From positions 186,001-250,000 of the forward strand of contig CM039005.1 in the NCBI GenBank assembly GCA_017499595.2: a DNA stretch of 64,000 bases. The letters are read 5' to 3'. Source of the stretch: Psilocybe cubensis (taxonomy: Eukaryota). The translations under genes were made by a program, and so were the position numbers. Below are positions 26,755-38,919 of the stretch, piece by piece (within the stretch, counting starts at the first letter, position 1; every line of letters begins with the position of its first letter). The notes beneath the pieces were generated by a model that searched no databases, was not told the DNA's origin, and saw only the letters and a list, made by a program, of their open reading frames with translations.

Positions 26755-28208
26755 CAATAATGTTATGATAACGGATTGGATTACCATAATCATTCTCTCT
26801 GGTATCATACTGAATGCATGAGCGCTGAGCCCTCAGGCAGTAGAAGGCATGAGGCACCAGATGTACAGGCATGCCATATAGCAAGTCCTATCGCCTGCCA
26901 TCTGTTTCTGTCCCAAGTCTAGAATCATGTGACCATGTCTTCATTTATTCACACGATGTGCTAGTTTCTTATAAAGCCCTAGCTGTAGACTGGGGCATGA
27001 GCTTCTAAGAAATATTAAACATACTAGATAAAGGGAATTTGTATTATCTATACGGATGTGCTATTTTAAAAAGTCTCCAATGAGTGTGGCACTGTTCATA
27101 TTCACTTTATGTATCGACGGATGACCATCAATGGCTGTGCATATCGTGGGAATGCTGATCCCACATCTTTGAGGCCAGGTGAAATGGATGCTTCTGGTCG
27201 CACACACCGCTTGGTAGTCATATATACTTACTAAAATAGTCACACAAATTAGGTGAGAGTCGCATACAAACCAGTGGTTGCATATACTTGACAAAATGGT
27301 CACATATTAGTTGAAAGTCGTATACCCCTAACGTAAGTCACATACTAAGACTTGCTGTTCATGACGAATTAGAAAAGCTTAGAGATGTACCAGTAAATAG
27401 ACCATGTATTCTTGGAAAGGCATCAGCAAACGGGTAAGAGTTGGTGGCGGTCATGGAAAGCGTGGAGATTAGTAGGAAGAGGTAGCTGAAGAGAAAATAT
27501 CTACTCACTTGTGCCCACACATGCGCATGCTCACCTTTCACAAAGTGCCGTCTTTGAACCTATCATACATATTTCCATACCGTGCACCCGCTCACCCACT
27601 ACAGCACTACTTCACTCAAATCATTGTACTTGTTGACATTGATTCCAATGCCTGCATGCATATACATCCCATAGCAATGTGGGTATGGAGTCTTTATCCC
27701 AGGCTGTGCCATCATCCCCCCGCTCGTGCTTGAGTTTATGTTTGTATTCTCCTTTGACTGTAGATATTTGTTCTAAGCATGGTTTGCATCTAATATAGTC
27801 TTCTTCTCTAGACCAATAGTATTTATTATATACAAGCACAAGGCGCTCTTCCTTGAGTTTGCTCTTTGCAAACACAGAGTTAAAGATCAGTCTCATGTCC
27901 ATATATTGTGTTTCTTCTAAGGCACTGTTTGAAGGTAACAACAATATGCTAGATGCGGGTGTCTATTTTCAAGTTGTCTTTCATGTTCTAAAACACCACC
28001 CAAAATGTAAGAGCACTAAATAATAGAGCTTAATGTACCATGTATACAACCTCTCTCTCATATTACTCCTTGGATGTCTGTCAGCCATGGCCGTTCAGAC
28101 GTAACACTGACAAATTGTGGTTACATCAATATTTGATTGCGTCTTTTCCTTCTTTCCGTCTTCTGTTCGTCACTGACTCTTGGACCCCATTATCCCTCAA
28201 TTTTCATT

Positions 28209-29152
28209 ATGTCGTCTAAGAAGTCCCACTCTGCAACAGTACAGAGCGCTGACAAAAAGCTTGGATCATCTAGTAGCAAAGGTAACGATGTTACGGGATA
28301 TAGAAATTGATAATACTTACACAGACGTTACTCTACTCAGCTAGGAAAGACCCACGTGTAGGGCCAGATGGTAAAACCAAGCAGCAACGCTACGTTGAGA
28401 GGTATATTTCAATGTATTCAACAGTATTCTATTTTGTGACGTCTCTTTTCCAGGAATAGGGATGCTATAAATGCAAAAAATGCGTTACGAAATCGGCAAA
28501 AACGTGCAAAACAGTGAGCTGTTAATCACACTATATGGACTATGATCCTGACCCCCAGCGTAGAAAGCAGCTTGAAGAAGATGAATCAGAGCTAGAGGCC
28601 GTCGAGGCTTTGGTCAATCCCTCTACAGGTCAAGATATAGGCACAGACGACCAAGATCAGTTCTCCGACGGTGATACTGACTCGGACAGTGTCATTGCGC
28701 AAGGAGAAGACCCGTTTCCCCAAAAGGCTGAAGAGCCAAAGCGACCAACTACGTATGAAGAGGTAGTGCAGGAGTACATTCGATATCACGACCGCGAGCT
28801 CGACGCAGAGTTGGACCTTTTAGTTGTGTATGACGAATTCAAAAGGGCCAACGCCATGTACGATGACTGTCGGGAAAGGTATGGCACGTACTTTGATTCT
28901 TTATTGCCTCAATACTGGACCGTTGTCGACGGGTGGACACACAAGCATAAATATGCGGGGAGCAGCCTCCAGGTTGAGGGTGAACACTTGTTGAGGGAAA
29001 TTAGAGACACCGAGAAACTTTTTAACTCAGTATTGCTCAAGCTACCCCCTAAGGACGATGTATGGGCAGAAGCCTTCGACATGACTCGTCATTTAATGGG
29101 ATGGATGACATACCTTCATCATATCCATGAAGGACTTTCCGATGACATATAG
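28209..29152 (+). CDS. KDZ cargo gene: basic helix, acidic tract and helical domain, unknown function
   Basis: Exons MSSKKSH..SSK|ARKDP..QRYVE|RNRDAINAKNALRNRQKRAK|..RKQLEEDESELE, joining ORF 28535-29152. Confidence 0.7.
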
Positions 29153-29316
29153 ACGTATTCAATATGTCGTAGTTATTCACTTCGTGTAAATTTTGAAGAA
29201 ATGTATCTCTTTAATCGACTCTTATTTTGAACAATTCTGACTGTCACTTTGAAGTGTTTGACATGCTATGAACTTGTGAAAATAACTACCAGCTCAACTA
29301 GCTTACAACGGTGTGG

Positions 29317-30179
29317 TCAAATGTCTACCTCTGACTTTACAAATGGCTCCCCGTCAACAACACTGGTAGTGTTTAGAGTTAATGGTAATCGAATATCACG
29401 TCCACGATCCACCATAACAACTACACCTGCTTTCAATGCCAAGGTAAACGCCTCTACCGCCTCTGACCTCAACCGATAGGGAACAGCCCGAGCGCCCTTA
29501 ATGAACTTGATATTTTCCTGGATTCCAACACTGGTATAGGTATTAGAATAATTATGAGTTCCTGCAGTTGAGCACTTACGTCCCAACATCATCAAGGAGA
29601 TACACTCCGGGATTCCTACCCACTAAAACTGCCATCCAAGACGCCTCCTCTGGACCTGCTACATCACAATAATGAATGTCAGCAAATTATGAGTTTTATA
29701 GCCGAAACACATACTTGGATCACCATTGCGAAATCCATTCAAACCGCTAAGCTGAGAAAGCTTGAGGGTTTCGCGAGTTGGTGTCTTCACAAGGACAACC
29801 TGAGACGATTGCAGTGCTTCTCTGTACATGTCTTCGGCTTCGTCTTTAGACAGACAATAGCGAGCATATCCGCCAGAGACATTCTGGTAGGTCTTCAATG
29901 CTTTCTCACTACCATTGCATTTATTAGACATAATTCAATGGAGAGTTAGAAACTCTCACCGTCCTTGAATGGGCCCTGTATGTGTACCGACAAAGACACA
30001 ATACCATCGCTCCTTCGGGGGAGGAAGGCTGATATGACATTGGCATCCACAATTGGATAGTTTGCAAGTAATGACTATACATAAGAAGAAAATCACTCAT
30101 TATATAGCTATGCATATAGATATTGCAGAGGCTTACCGTCGCTGCTTGAGCCGTCGCTGCTTGAGGGATTCGCTTTCAT
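29317..30179 (-). CDS. KDZ cargo gene with two RNase H1 N-terminal (Cauli_VI/hybrid-binding)-like domains
   Basis: Spliced ERWYCVFVGTHTGPIQG..YQNVSGGYARYCLSKDEAEDMYREAL and WMAVLVGRNPGVY..IKFIKGARAVPYRLRSEAVEAFTLAL. Confidence 0.75.
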
Positions 30180-30429
30180 GAGGGAGTGGAGGTATGCCCT
30201 GATGACAGGACGACATTACAATCATTTTGTATAATTCTGAGCTTGGCTACAGAAGGCCGAAGAAACGCACACCATCAAGCTACCCGCATGGTAATGGCCA
30301 CTCCAAGCACGTTAGGCCTAATTGAATCGCGTAGACTAATATCTAGAATGTGGGAAAATGGACTTCGCTAATCTTATTAGTCACTGAAAGCACTGCTCAG
30401 GCATAAAAATTTCATATTTACCAGGGTAA

Positions 30430-30870
30430 ATTGAAACCCTCGTGCCCATGGATATCAGACATGTGCCTTCCAAGCATTATGGATGCGAAGAATATGAGAT
30501 TAAGGCATGTCCTGAGCGCTCCGATGTATCTTATGCATCTCAGTCCCTCAGCCGTGTCTTTTATCTTTCTAGTATGCCGTGGATCGCGGGCCTGTGTTTC
30601 CTGTGCTATGTCTTTGATCCATCTAGCACAAGAGTCCGAGATTAACACATGCTCTGAGCTCTCTCCCATATCCGCATGTCAGTCGCTCAGCCGTGTCTTT
30701 TATATATCCGAGAATATACCATCAATTATGTTTCTGTGTTTCCTGAGCCGCGTCTTTGATCCTTGATGCCCCCAGCACCGGGTGAATTTGTGCTTCCCTG
30801 AGCCATCGTATTGACCTCCAACCATATAGTGGATCCGTGTTTCCTAAGCCCCTAAGCCGTGTGTTTCATT
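30430..30870. repeat. Degenerate short tandem repeat array
   Basis: Recurrent (GTGTTTC)CTGAGCCG(T/C)GTCTTT(G/T)ATC-like units. Confidence 0.65.
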
Positions 30871-31081
30871 CCTACAGCTCATTCAGAAATCCGCCTCTTA
30901 GAAGACTCGACTCCATACACAATTCACAAGATCTATTCACTAGCTGTGACCTCGGACATATGACTGAGCCACACATATCTGGTATATCTCTCCTCATAAA
31001 AATAGAACTACAGCTTATTAAACAAAGCAGATCCCTTACAACCAGAGAATGAGAGTACCGGTACGACCAATAATTCAAAGA

Positions 31082-34000
31082 ATGAAGGTATGATTTCATT
31101 TTTTGCGAGTGGTGATATAATAACCCATGGTAGATACAGGACATCAAGAGAAGAAAAAAAGGGGACGAAGCAAGGCTTCAACCACTTTGGTTCCTCCGAT
31201 TCCTGAACATGAGGGACGCTATACCCTCCGTCGAGGTTATTTTACTATGTCATAGCCTGAAAGCTGAAACCTTGCTGACCTTCATATTTACCAGGGAAAC
31301 AATATAGCACTTCTGTTGAGAGAAGTAAAAATAGTGCTTCTCACCAGCGCGTGAAAAATATTATCTTGGAGACTATTCAAGACAGCACGGACATAGATAA
31401 CTCTAAGGGTGTACGTTTTTAACATCGTCTAAATCTCTCCATGTATTGACGCAGAGTACATAGACCGGTGGTTCTTCAAACACGGCCACCAATGGAGCCG
31501 ATAAAGCCGTTCTAGATAAGAGGCCAGATCCGTCAACATCTGTTCATGACGCCGAAGTTCAGCCAGAGCAGACGCAAAGTCCTAACATACCTGACCAAAC
31601 ACATAACATTAATCAAACACTGGTATGTTCCCGTCTTAATTCTATTATATTTATATATATATATAATCTTTGAAGCAGGAATCAAGTTCCGCTTCTGCGT
31701 CCCATACCAGGACTTTGAATTTGGATACCTTTGACAATAATACTGCCATAAATACGGTGTTGTATGACCCAGAATCAAACAATCACCCGACGGTGCCTGA
31801 GGTGAGCATGATTGATAAACCTCGCTACTGCTGAATCTATCTAAATTGTAAATGTAGCCATCCAATCACGTCTTTGGCTTTAAAGAGGGGTCTACTTCTC
31901 ATGTAGACTCTCAGAATGGCGTGTCAATAGATGAAGCCTATTCCCTTTTCCATGCGCCAAAGGAATCTCACAACCTGCAGCCGGTATTGTTCACTATATA
32001 TTTCTGTGAGGATCCAGACCTTAAAATGAATCTTAGAATGGAAATGCCGCTCTGTTTTCGCCACTTGAGAGCCAGAATATGACTTTTACACAGTTGCTGC
32101 AGGACGCTATTATGGTGAGCATGTTGTATAACATTGAAAATGATCATCTTAAGAACGTTATGTTAAATACTGCAGCCTGATACGCCAATCAATCACACAT
32201 ATACCATGGACGTTAACATGTCCCACCAGCTGGTAAGCTTTTGTCTATTCGCTAAGGAGGTAGAGATTAAACCATTTTGCTTGTAGATCTCCAATAGCCA
32301 GTTTGATATGTTATATCCAGAAAACTTCTCTACGAGCAATGGTGCCCAGCAATTCTCTGAATCTCATATTACCCAGGACAATACTCAGGATCTGCCTACA
32401 CGTGGCAGTACCTACGGTTCTCTGGACTTCAAATTTGATGCACAGACAAATGGCACGCTCGACACTCAGAACCCGGTAAGCTTTTAATTGGTAAAGATAT
32501 CTCTGCTGACTAATCTACAATACTCTAGAATATGACGGATATCAATTCGTTAATTCTGAATGCTCCCGAGGACAGTACGGAATCCAATAATATCAAAGGT
32601 CGTCAAGTTTCCGCAAGCAGTCTCAATGAAACCACTCCTATCCTCACCATTCCTCCCCACATTTTGTCTCTCATTTCTCCAAAGCTTCAGGAGGAATTTG
32701 ATATGTCTGTTGCAAATCGTCAGAAGGTATTTTTGGAGTACTCGGAGCGTGAACGCATGATTTGCGCACCTGCTCAGCGAACATTACCGGAGATTCGACA
32801 TGCACTAGAAAATATTGACCGTTGCATTGACTCCATCCAACGTCACAATCTCCGTATTGCAGAAATTCAGGAGGAGGTAGCAAAGGCTCAGCGCAAATTT
32901 CAGGATGCCGAAAACATCAAATCGTTGGAGGAAAAGTTGGCTTTGCTGCGGGACGAAGAAAAACGTGCACAGTCAAATCTTGAAAACGGGACAGTAGAGA
33001 CGTTTTTGGACCTAAAGCAGGCTTTGATGAGTATTCGGTCGCAGATTCGGGATGTCGGCCTTCTTCTGGATGTAGCATCGGCCTCGTTGAAGAACTCCAA
33101 GTCACAGAGCCCTTCGGCTTTGTCAGCTGGTCAATCAAGTGTAGTGCAGCCACCAGCTCCAAAGCCCAATCGCTCAAAATCGACTCAGCCAGTTAATGAG
33201 AAGCCCAGTGAAAAGCGCGCAGCACCTTCAAAGCCTCCTCCTCGCAAAAAGGCAAAAACAGGACGTCCTAAACTGATCGAGGAAGAGTCCGACTCCGACG
33301 AGACAATCGAAGATATAGGCGTCGAGACTATGGATATTATCCAGGAAAGGACCTGGGCGTCCATGAACCTGCACGATCGTGGTAAATTTGAAGGTATGTG
33401 TGTCTGTGTGTGTTTTTAAATGTCTAATCTCTCTAATTTTCAATTCTATAGCCGGTGCAAGACAGGCCATGCATCTCTACGAATCCACTGGGGATATATC
33501 TCATTTTCATATCCGCTATCGGCTTGCTCTTCGCCACATCCAATCTTTCTTACCAGAAGAATGCTTTCATTCCAAAAAAGTGGCTATTGCAATCTTCCGG
33601 ACAGCTTCCCTGAACTTAGTGTGTCGCTTTCACAAACGCTTTTCAAAGAACAAAATCCACGATGGCGTCGGAGTCATGAGAATCCAGGGAGTCCCATACC
33701 AACCCAGCTACAATTCAAGAGAAGGAAAAGCACAAGAACCGCAAGAGGGATATATGCATTGTGGGTGTCTGGTTGACGACGTCTTACTGGATTTCTTTTT
33801 TTGGAAGACTTTAACAATCACATCGCCACTTGAGAGGCTAAAGGGGATTTCGGAGCCAATGATGCAAAGCGTTTTTAGGCCCCGTATGCGCGCCTTTCTT
33901 ATCCAACTTTTCAAGCTATACACATGTTTGACAGCTGACGACATCTACTGTTCTACTAGAGAGCAAGGACAGCCCGCATCATACCGAGAAAATGAACTCA

Positions 34001-34119
34001 TGAAGCTCAGTATTGTTCGTTTATTAGCTAATTGGAATATGCGTACTGGGCGGCGTGTTTTCTTCCTAGATCCAGATGATCAAAATTCTCAGGAAAACAC
34101 TTCGACTACAGAGCATTAG
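31082..34119 (+). CDS. KDZ cargo gene: many small 5' exons, coiled coil, basic/acidic linker, C-terminal domain with CRFH and HCGC motifs
   Basis: ORFs 32532-33419 and 33379-34119 are linked by a GT-AG intron (~33394-33450). Upstream exons are inferred from splice signals, so the start is uncertain. Confidence 0.65.
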
Positions 34120-34178
34120 ACTACTAGGTAGCTTAGATAGAATAGCATATATTCTAATAAACCACTAAGCCAGCTATT

Positions 34179-34731
34179 TCATCTAATATACAGGTTTGAA
34201 TCCGGATGGAAGCTGTAAATATTCATCAATACTCTGTACCCCTTGATCATATAGCCATAATGCCTTGTGTGCATGCTAAGTTTATTAAGTTTATCATCAG
34301 AATAGAGAAATAAGCATCTTCTTACGACGAGTTTTGCCCTTAGCCTTTCTGCAAGGGTTTCCATTGCCTTTACCCGCTTTAATGGTAGTTTATACCAAGC
34401 TATGCGAGTAAATATTGTTTGAAATCGAGGCTATGATATACGATATGAATCGAATATTAAGTATAATGCAGAGAATGTAACGTACAAATGATCTCAGATA
34501 GAAACAGTGTGTGGATCTAAGACACGCGAGGGATAGATTGTATGTGTCGTTGTTTACTGCATGCCTCTTCTTAATATACTTTTTTAAAGAGTCTTGTGCT
34601 TCAGCGAGTTCTTGAACCGCATCTCGAAGATAAAGAAGACTTTTTATAAGTCGTTCCTTGTTTTTGCGTTTGCGTTTTCCAGAGTTTATTGGTCTGAGAG
34701 ACACTGCGGCTTTTCGACGAAATAATGGCAT
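34179..34731 (-). CDS. KDZ cargo gene: small basic two-exon protein, unknown function
   Basis: MPLFRRK..KRKRKNKERL..FYLRSF|PRFQTIFTRIAWYKLPLKRVKAMETLAERL; one GT-AG intron joins two ORF-track ORFs in frame. Confidence 0.6.
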
Positions 34732-34954
34732 GAGAAAACACGGGAGAATGGATGATATAAGAAAAGCCAAAGGTCCGGGGAATGCCTGGAGAAATCTAAC
34801 CAACGATGTAAAGGCCCCCTACTTAGTAGAGAGCAGTATAGCTTGGCAAGCGTACCCGCCCCATTTCCTCAAGATTGGATACTGGTGCGCTCAGACCTCG
34901 CATTTGCAGCCTTATGTATGGCATGCCCTTTGCCGCCAGTCAGAGGGGTGCTGA

Positions 34955-35730
34955 ACCAATGCCCTGAGCCGCCAGTAGTGAAAGGAGGGGTGCACCCTAG
35001 CCTCTAGAGTTGAGAAATGAGCGCTGGTGAGCCATAAGACATGCCGGTTCAAGGTGGTGCTGTGGGGCTTAGCTTTGTAGGAATACTGGAACTGATGCCC
35101 TGAGCCGCCAGTAGTGAAAGGAGGGGTGCGTTGAGGCACGACCATGAGGAAGTAAAAAAATTGATGCCCCTAGCCTCTAGAGTTGAGAAATGAGCGCTAG
35201 TGAGCCATAAGACATGCCGGTTCAAGGTGGTGCTGTGGGGCTTAGCTTTGTAGGAATACTGGAACTGATGCCCTGAGCCGCCAGTAGTGAAAGGAGGGGT
35301 GCGTTGAGGCACGACCATGAGGAAGTAAAAAAATTGATGCCCCTAGCCTCTAGAGTTGAGAAATGAGCGCTAGTGAGCCATGTGGCATGCTGGTTCAAGG
35401 TGGTGCTGTGGGGCTTAGCTTTGTAGAAATACTGGAACTGATGCCCTGAGCCGTCAGTGCTGAAAGGAGGGATGCGTTGAGGCGCAACCATGGGGAAGTA
35501 AAAAAAACTGATGCCCCTAGCCTCTAGAGTTGAGAGGTGAGCACTAGTGAGCCATGAGGCATGCCGGTTCAAGGTGGTGCTGTGGGGCTTAGCTTTGTAG
35601 GAATACTGGAACTGATGCCCTGAGCCGACAGTGCTGCAAGGAGGGGTGCGTTGAGGCGCAACCATGGGTAAGTAATTAGACTGATGCCCAAAACCTCCCA
35701 TGCTGAGAATGCTGAGCCGCCAGTGTTCAT
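34955..35730. repeat. Right subterminal tandem array, 173-174-bp unit, about 4.5 copies
   Basis: ACTGATGCCCTGAGCCG at 35091, 35264, 35437 and 35611. Confidence 0.93.
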
Positions 35731-36561
35731 AGCAGGGGTGCCATGAGACATACCCATGTTCTTGAGGCACATAAAGGTGCAAACTCCCATAAAGAAACCT
35801 GAGGCACTTACATGATAATAAAACATATCTTGGCAAGCGTCCCCGCACCCTATCATCATATACAAAAATGTAATGGCAGGCCCGGTGATGATGGACAGCA
35901 GGGTGCCGTGAGCCACATTGTTGTGGAAATAACCAAACCAAAGGCCTGTGCCGCCGTCTTTAGTGTCTTGAGCATGCCGCACCACTTGTACACCACAAAC
36001 AGTCAACATTCAACCTCAGAAGCGTTGTAATTATGCTTGGCAAATCTCAAGGCACCAGGATGTTTGTGCATGGCATTCGACGCTCAGAGACACTCTTGTC
36101 AAACATAGTTTTATAAGTGTCAATAGAGGTACTCATTACACTGTGCCATCCCGTATTTCTTACTTCACACAAGTTTAAGACTTGTAGATATAGCTTGCTC
36201 ATACTAAAACATGTATTTTCGTAATTTTGGGTCATTCTGCGGGACAGACATCCGCAGTGACTGAAATAATCTAATGAGGGATCACTTCCGAGTAGCGACT
36301 CTATATATTGGATCAATGCGGGGTACTTACTTCGCCTTGATGTCAGGTTTGAGTTTAGCATATATGTCAGGTGCGTTATGACTGCATTATAACCCAGCCG
36401 GTAACCCCCGTAAAGTGGCTTTGATTGATTTGTTTCAAGCTGATGTTAGTATGGCAGATACATATCTCTCATTGACAGACAATGGTGTTCGAGAGGCATG
36501 GGTTAAAAGGCACACAAAAGATGTGGAGGAAGAAGAATAGTTAATTTATAGTACTTGATTA

Positions 36562-37888
36562 TTATTCTAATCCAAATCCACTTGTCAACACTTGATAGCT
36601 TCTCCACATAGCCTCTGCTATTTTATCCCTTTTTGAAGTTGCGCGTAAAACTTCTGCTCGACGAGGAGGTCCATTTCCAAGAACACCATAATTGTTATGC
36701 TGAACATCTGCAAAATCGACAAAGTCTAAAATTTCTTCAGGATCGTGGTCGCGAATAAAATTGTGTGTAGCAGCAAGAGCGGGAGGAATACGAGCTTGAA
36801 TATCCATACTGAACTCGGGTGGATGGACCAAAATTGTGAATCGCCTTTTGAGAACACCAAAAATACGTTCAATAACGTTTCTTGCGGATGCATGTCGGAG
36901 ATTGTATAACTCTTCTTTTGTTGCTGGTCTACAAAATATAATTTAGAATGTAAGCAGAAAAATTATATAAAATTACTCACCGAACTGAAGCCCGTCCCCA
37001 CTCTGCTAAATGATAACGAACACCCCGATATGGAACCAAAAGTGAATCACATATTCCAAAACCTGCATCCGCCAAATAATATTTTCCATCTGGAATAGTG
37101 AGATCAGAAAGACGCGCATCGTTATACATGCTAGCATCTGCAGCACACCCGTCCCAACCACTAAGCATATATTGAAATCGCAAATCAAAGCCACAACAAG
37201 CAAGTGTGTTTTGAGATACACCACCTTTGCGATTTCGTGAAAATTGACGTTCTTCTGCAGAAGGACAGCAGTTTATATGTGTCCCATCCATAGCTCCAAT
37301 AGCACCTTCAAAAAATGGAAAAAACTTTGGATTTGATCTAATTTCTGGTGGAATTGGATCAGATGCGGCCGGAAGTTTGACGTAAGTTGTATAAAAAGGG
37401 CTTGAAGATAGTGCATATAAGATCATGCGAAATGACCTGGATATAATGATTACAAAAGACATATTTATAATAAAATCTTATGCTTACCTTGATATAGTTC
37501 CATTTGCGTGCTGAAATCGCTCTCCAACATGTCGGATTGAAAGACCAGTAACACAAGTATAGAGAAAAATAGCCAGATGCTCTTCAAGGGTGATGTGTCG
37601 TGAGTCTTTTAATCCAGTAGAACGTAAAGCCTTGACAAGAGCCTTGAAAACATGTGGTTTCATCCCTAGTTCATTCTTCATTCGGTTAGGATGGCCTTGA
37701 AGAAGTTCTTGTACCCATGCATGTCCAGTAAGGATAGATGTATGGTAAGGAGTCTTGACATAGAATGGTGTACTGAACAGTTTAGCTGCAGAAGCCACGG
37801 TGTTTACAAAAAACAAGGCTGCAGCAGATGCCAGGCGAAGCCGGCCAGACTCAGTGTCAGAATCGTCGGAATGGTTAGGAAGTGACAT
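36562..37888 (-). CDS. PIF/Harbinger DDE transposase (3 exons)
   Basis: EEHLAIFLY..ERFQH..TISR; GAMDGTH; SGWDG..AD; YYLADAG; YNLRHA..RNVIERIFGVLKRRF; HNFI. Confidence 0.95.
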
Positions 37889-38919
37889 TGATCAGATTAT
37901 GTAATGTCACATGTGCAACTGAAATGTGCACTGCAACCGAAACTGATCCGTACTGAACAGGGCGTAACCTATGGTGCCAAGGTTCTTTTGTCCAACTGAT
38001 TACAACTTGTCAATCGGTGGTAGAGTGCATTTTGGGGTATTATAGCAGTATGTCCCCAATGTCATGTGTCAAAACAATGTTAACTTCAATTTTGTTCTAC
38101 TGCAGCCGGCGTCATGAATTTTGTTACCTTTGAGAAGGTGTACAGCTTGTATCCAAATGCTACCTTTGGACATCAAGTCTCTCTGTTGCAACCTTCTGCC
38201 AACCTCAAGCGCGCGCAAAAATTTCTTGCAAAATATCATTCCTGTGGCTTGAAATTTGTTCTTTCCATTCCATCGCAAACTTTGAAAATGGACCGCCATA
38301 TCCAAAGCAGGATACAGTCTATCAGGGACAACGTAAATGTTGGGTATAGTTCATCTCGTGGTCATGTTCTTGTTGTGCTGGATTACGATCCTTATCCAGA
38401 GTTGTTCTCTCCTGGGATTAGACGGGTTGGCGACAGGCATTGTTGGGTTTATTCTTTGCCTCTTTTACCCAAAGCAAATCAGACTTCCTTTGTTGAAGCC
38501 AATTCGTGGGCATTGTTGCTCAATGAATTTGATTGTTTGCATTTTGGTGTCCGTCGCATCAGCGGTATCGCATTAGATTTTCACTACACAGCGGCAGATG
38601 TTTACCAATTACACAAGCGTGTCAAAAAAGCTATCAAATCCTGGGAAAGGGGTATAAGGTGTGTGCTCTTTAGTTTTAGTATTTGTCAATTTAATTCCTG
38701 TAATGTAGGCAAAAAGATGACCGTGTACATGCAACTGTTTTGTATTTGCTATCCAGAAAGGCAGATATTTTTTGGTTGCATTGCCCTCAACCACAAAGCC
38801 TCTTGTGGAATGGATATTTGTAATTTCTTCCATCCTTAGTCAAATTTTTGTTCGAAATAAACTTGTGTTCTCATCGTCATTCTTTTTGTCTTAATTTGTA
38901 AGTTTGACTTGCGGATGAG

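Larger units (their letters stand above)
19177..36407. mobile_element. 17.2-kb KDZ (Kyakuja-Dileera-Zisupton)-superfamily transposon with cargo genes
   Basis: 8-bp TSD CCGTAAAG (19169-19176 / 36408-36415); excision restores the Myb ORF; contains a KDZ-type transposase. The termini share only a weak inverted CGGC core. Confidence 0.9.
18191..36540 (+). pseudogene. Harbinger Myb/SANT-like DNA-binding gene interrupted by the KDZ element (parts 18191-19176 and 36416-36540)
   Basis: AHWSDEDLEVLIAFL..FKDAIWTEAA..KTAGSCKSKLHK|LK..SGFKWDEERGA. Removing 19177-36415 gives in-frame SNSRK-VALIDLFQADVSMADTYLSLTDNGVREAWVKRHTKDVEEEE*. Confidence 0.9.
18007..37964. mobile_element. PIF/Harbinger DNA transposon (native ~2.7 kb) carrying a 17.2-kb insertion
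   Basis: 52-bp TIRs (18007-18058 / 37913-37964, one terminal mismatch), TAA TSD (18004-06 / 37965-67), convergent Myb/SANT and DDE transposase genes. Confidence 0.96.
16026..38823 (+). pseudogene. Helitron-borne F-box plus Pol-beta-nucleotidyltransferase-like gene, split in three (16026-16338, 17903-18006, 37968-38823)
   Basis: F-box-like FPPPMDDVYMDQMDLKTLYHFSWTCKELNNRV. Removing the inner Helitron gives ISGSTILHF|INCANIWIPGDMDMYV. Removing the Harbinger gives GVVVN|LWCQGSFVQLITT..ILGYYS|TGVMNFVTFEKVYSLYP..RRVGDRHCW. There is also a stop/frameshift near 17960. Confidence 0.8.

Noticed and set aside
27061-28090. Possible TET/JBP or other cargo gene in the KDZ element
   Set aside because: The minus-strand frames are broken by stops and show no recognisable HxD..H dioxygenase motif; at most an unidentifiable pseudogene.
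35222-36009. ORFs over the 173-bp array
   Set aside because: They are repeat-derived, with frames shifting in each unit.
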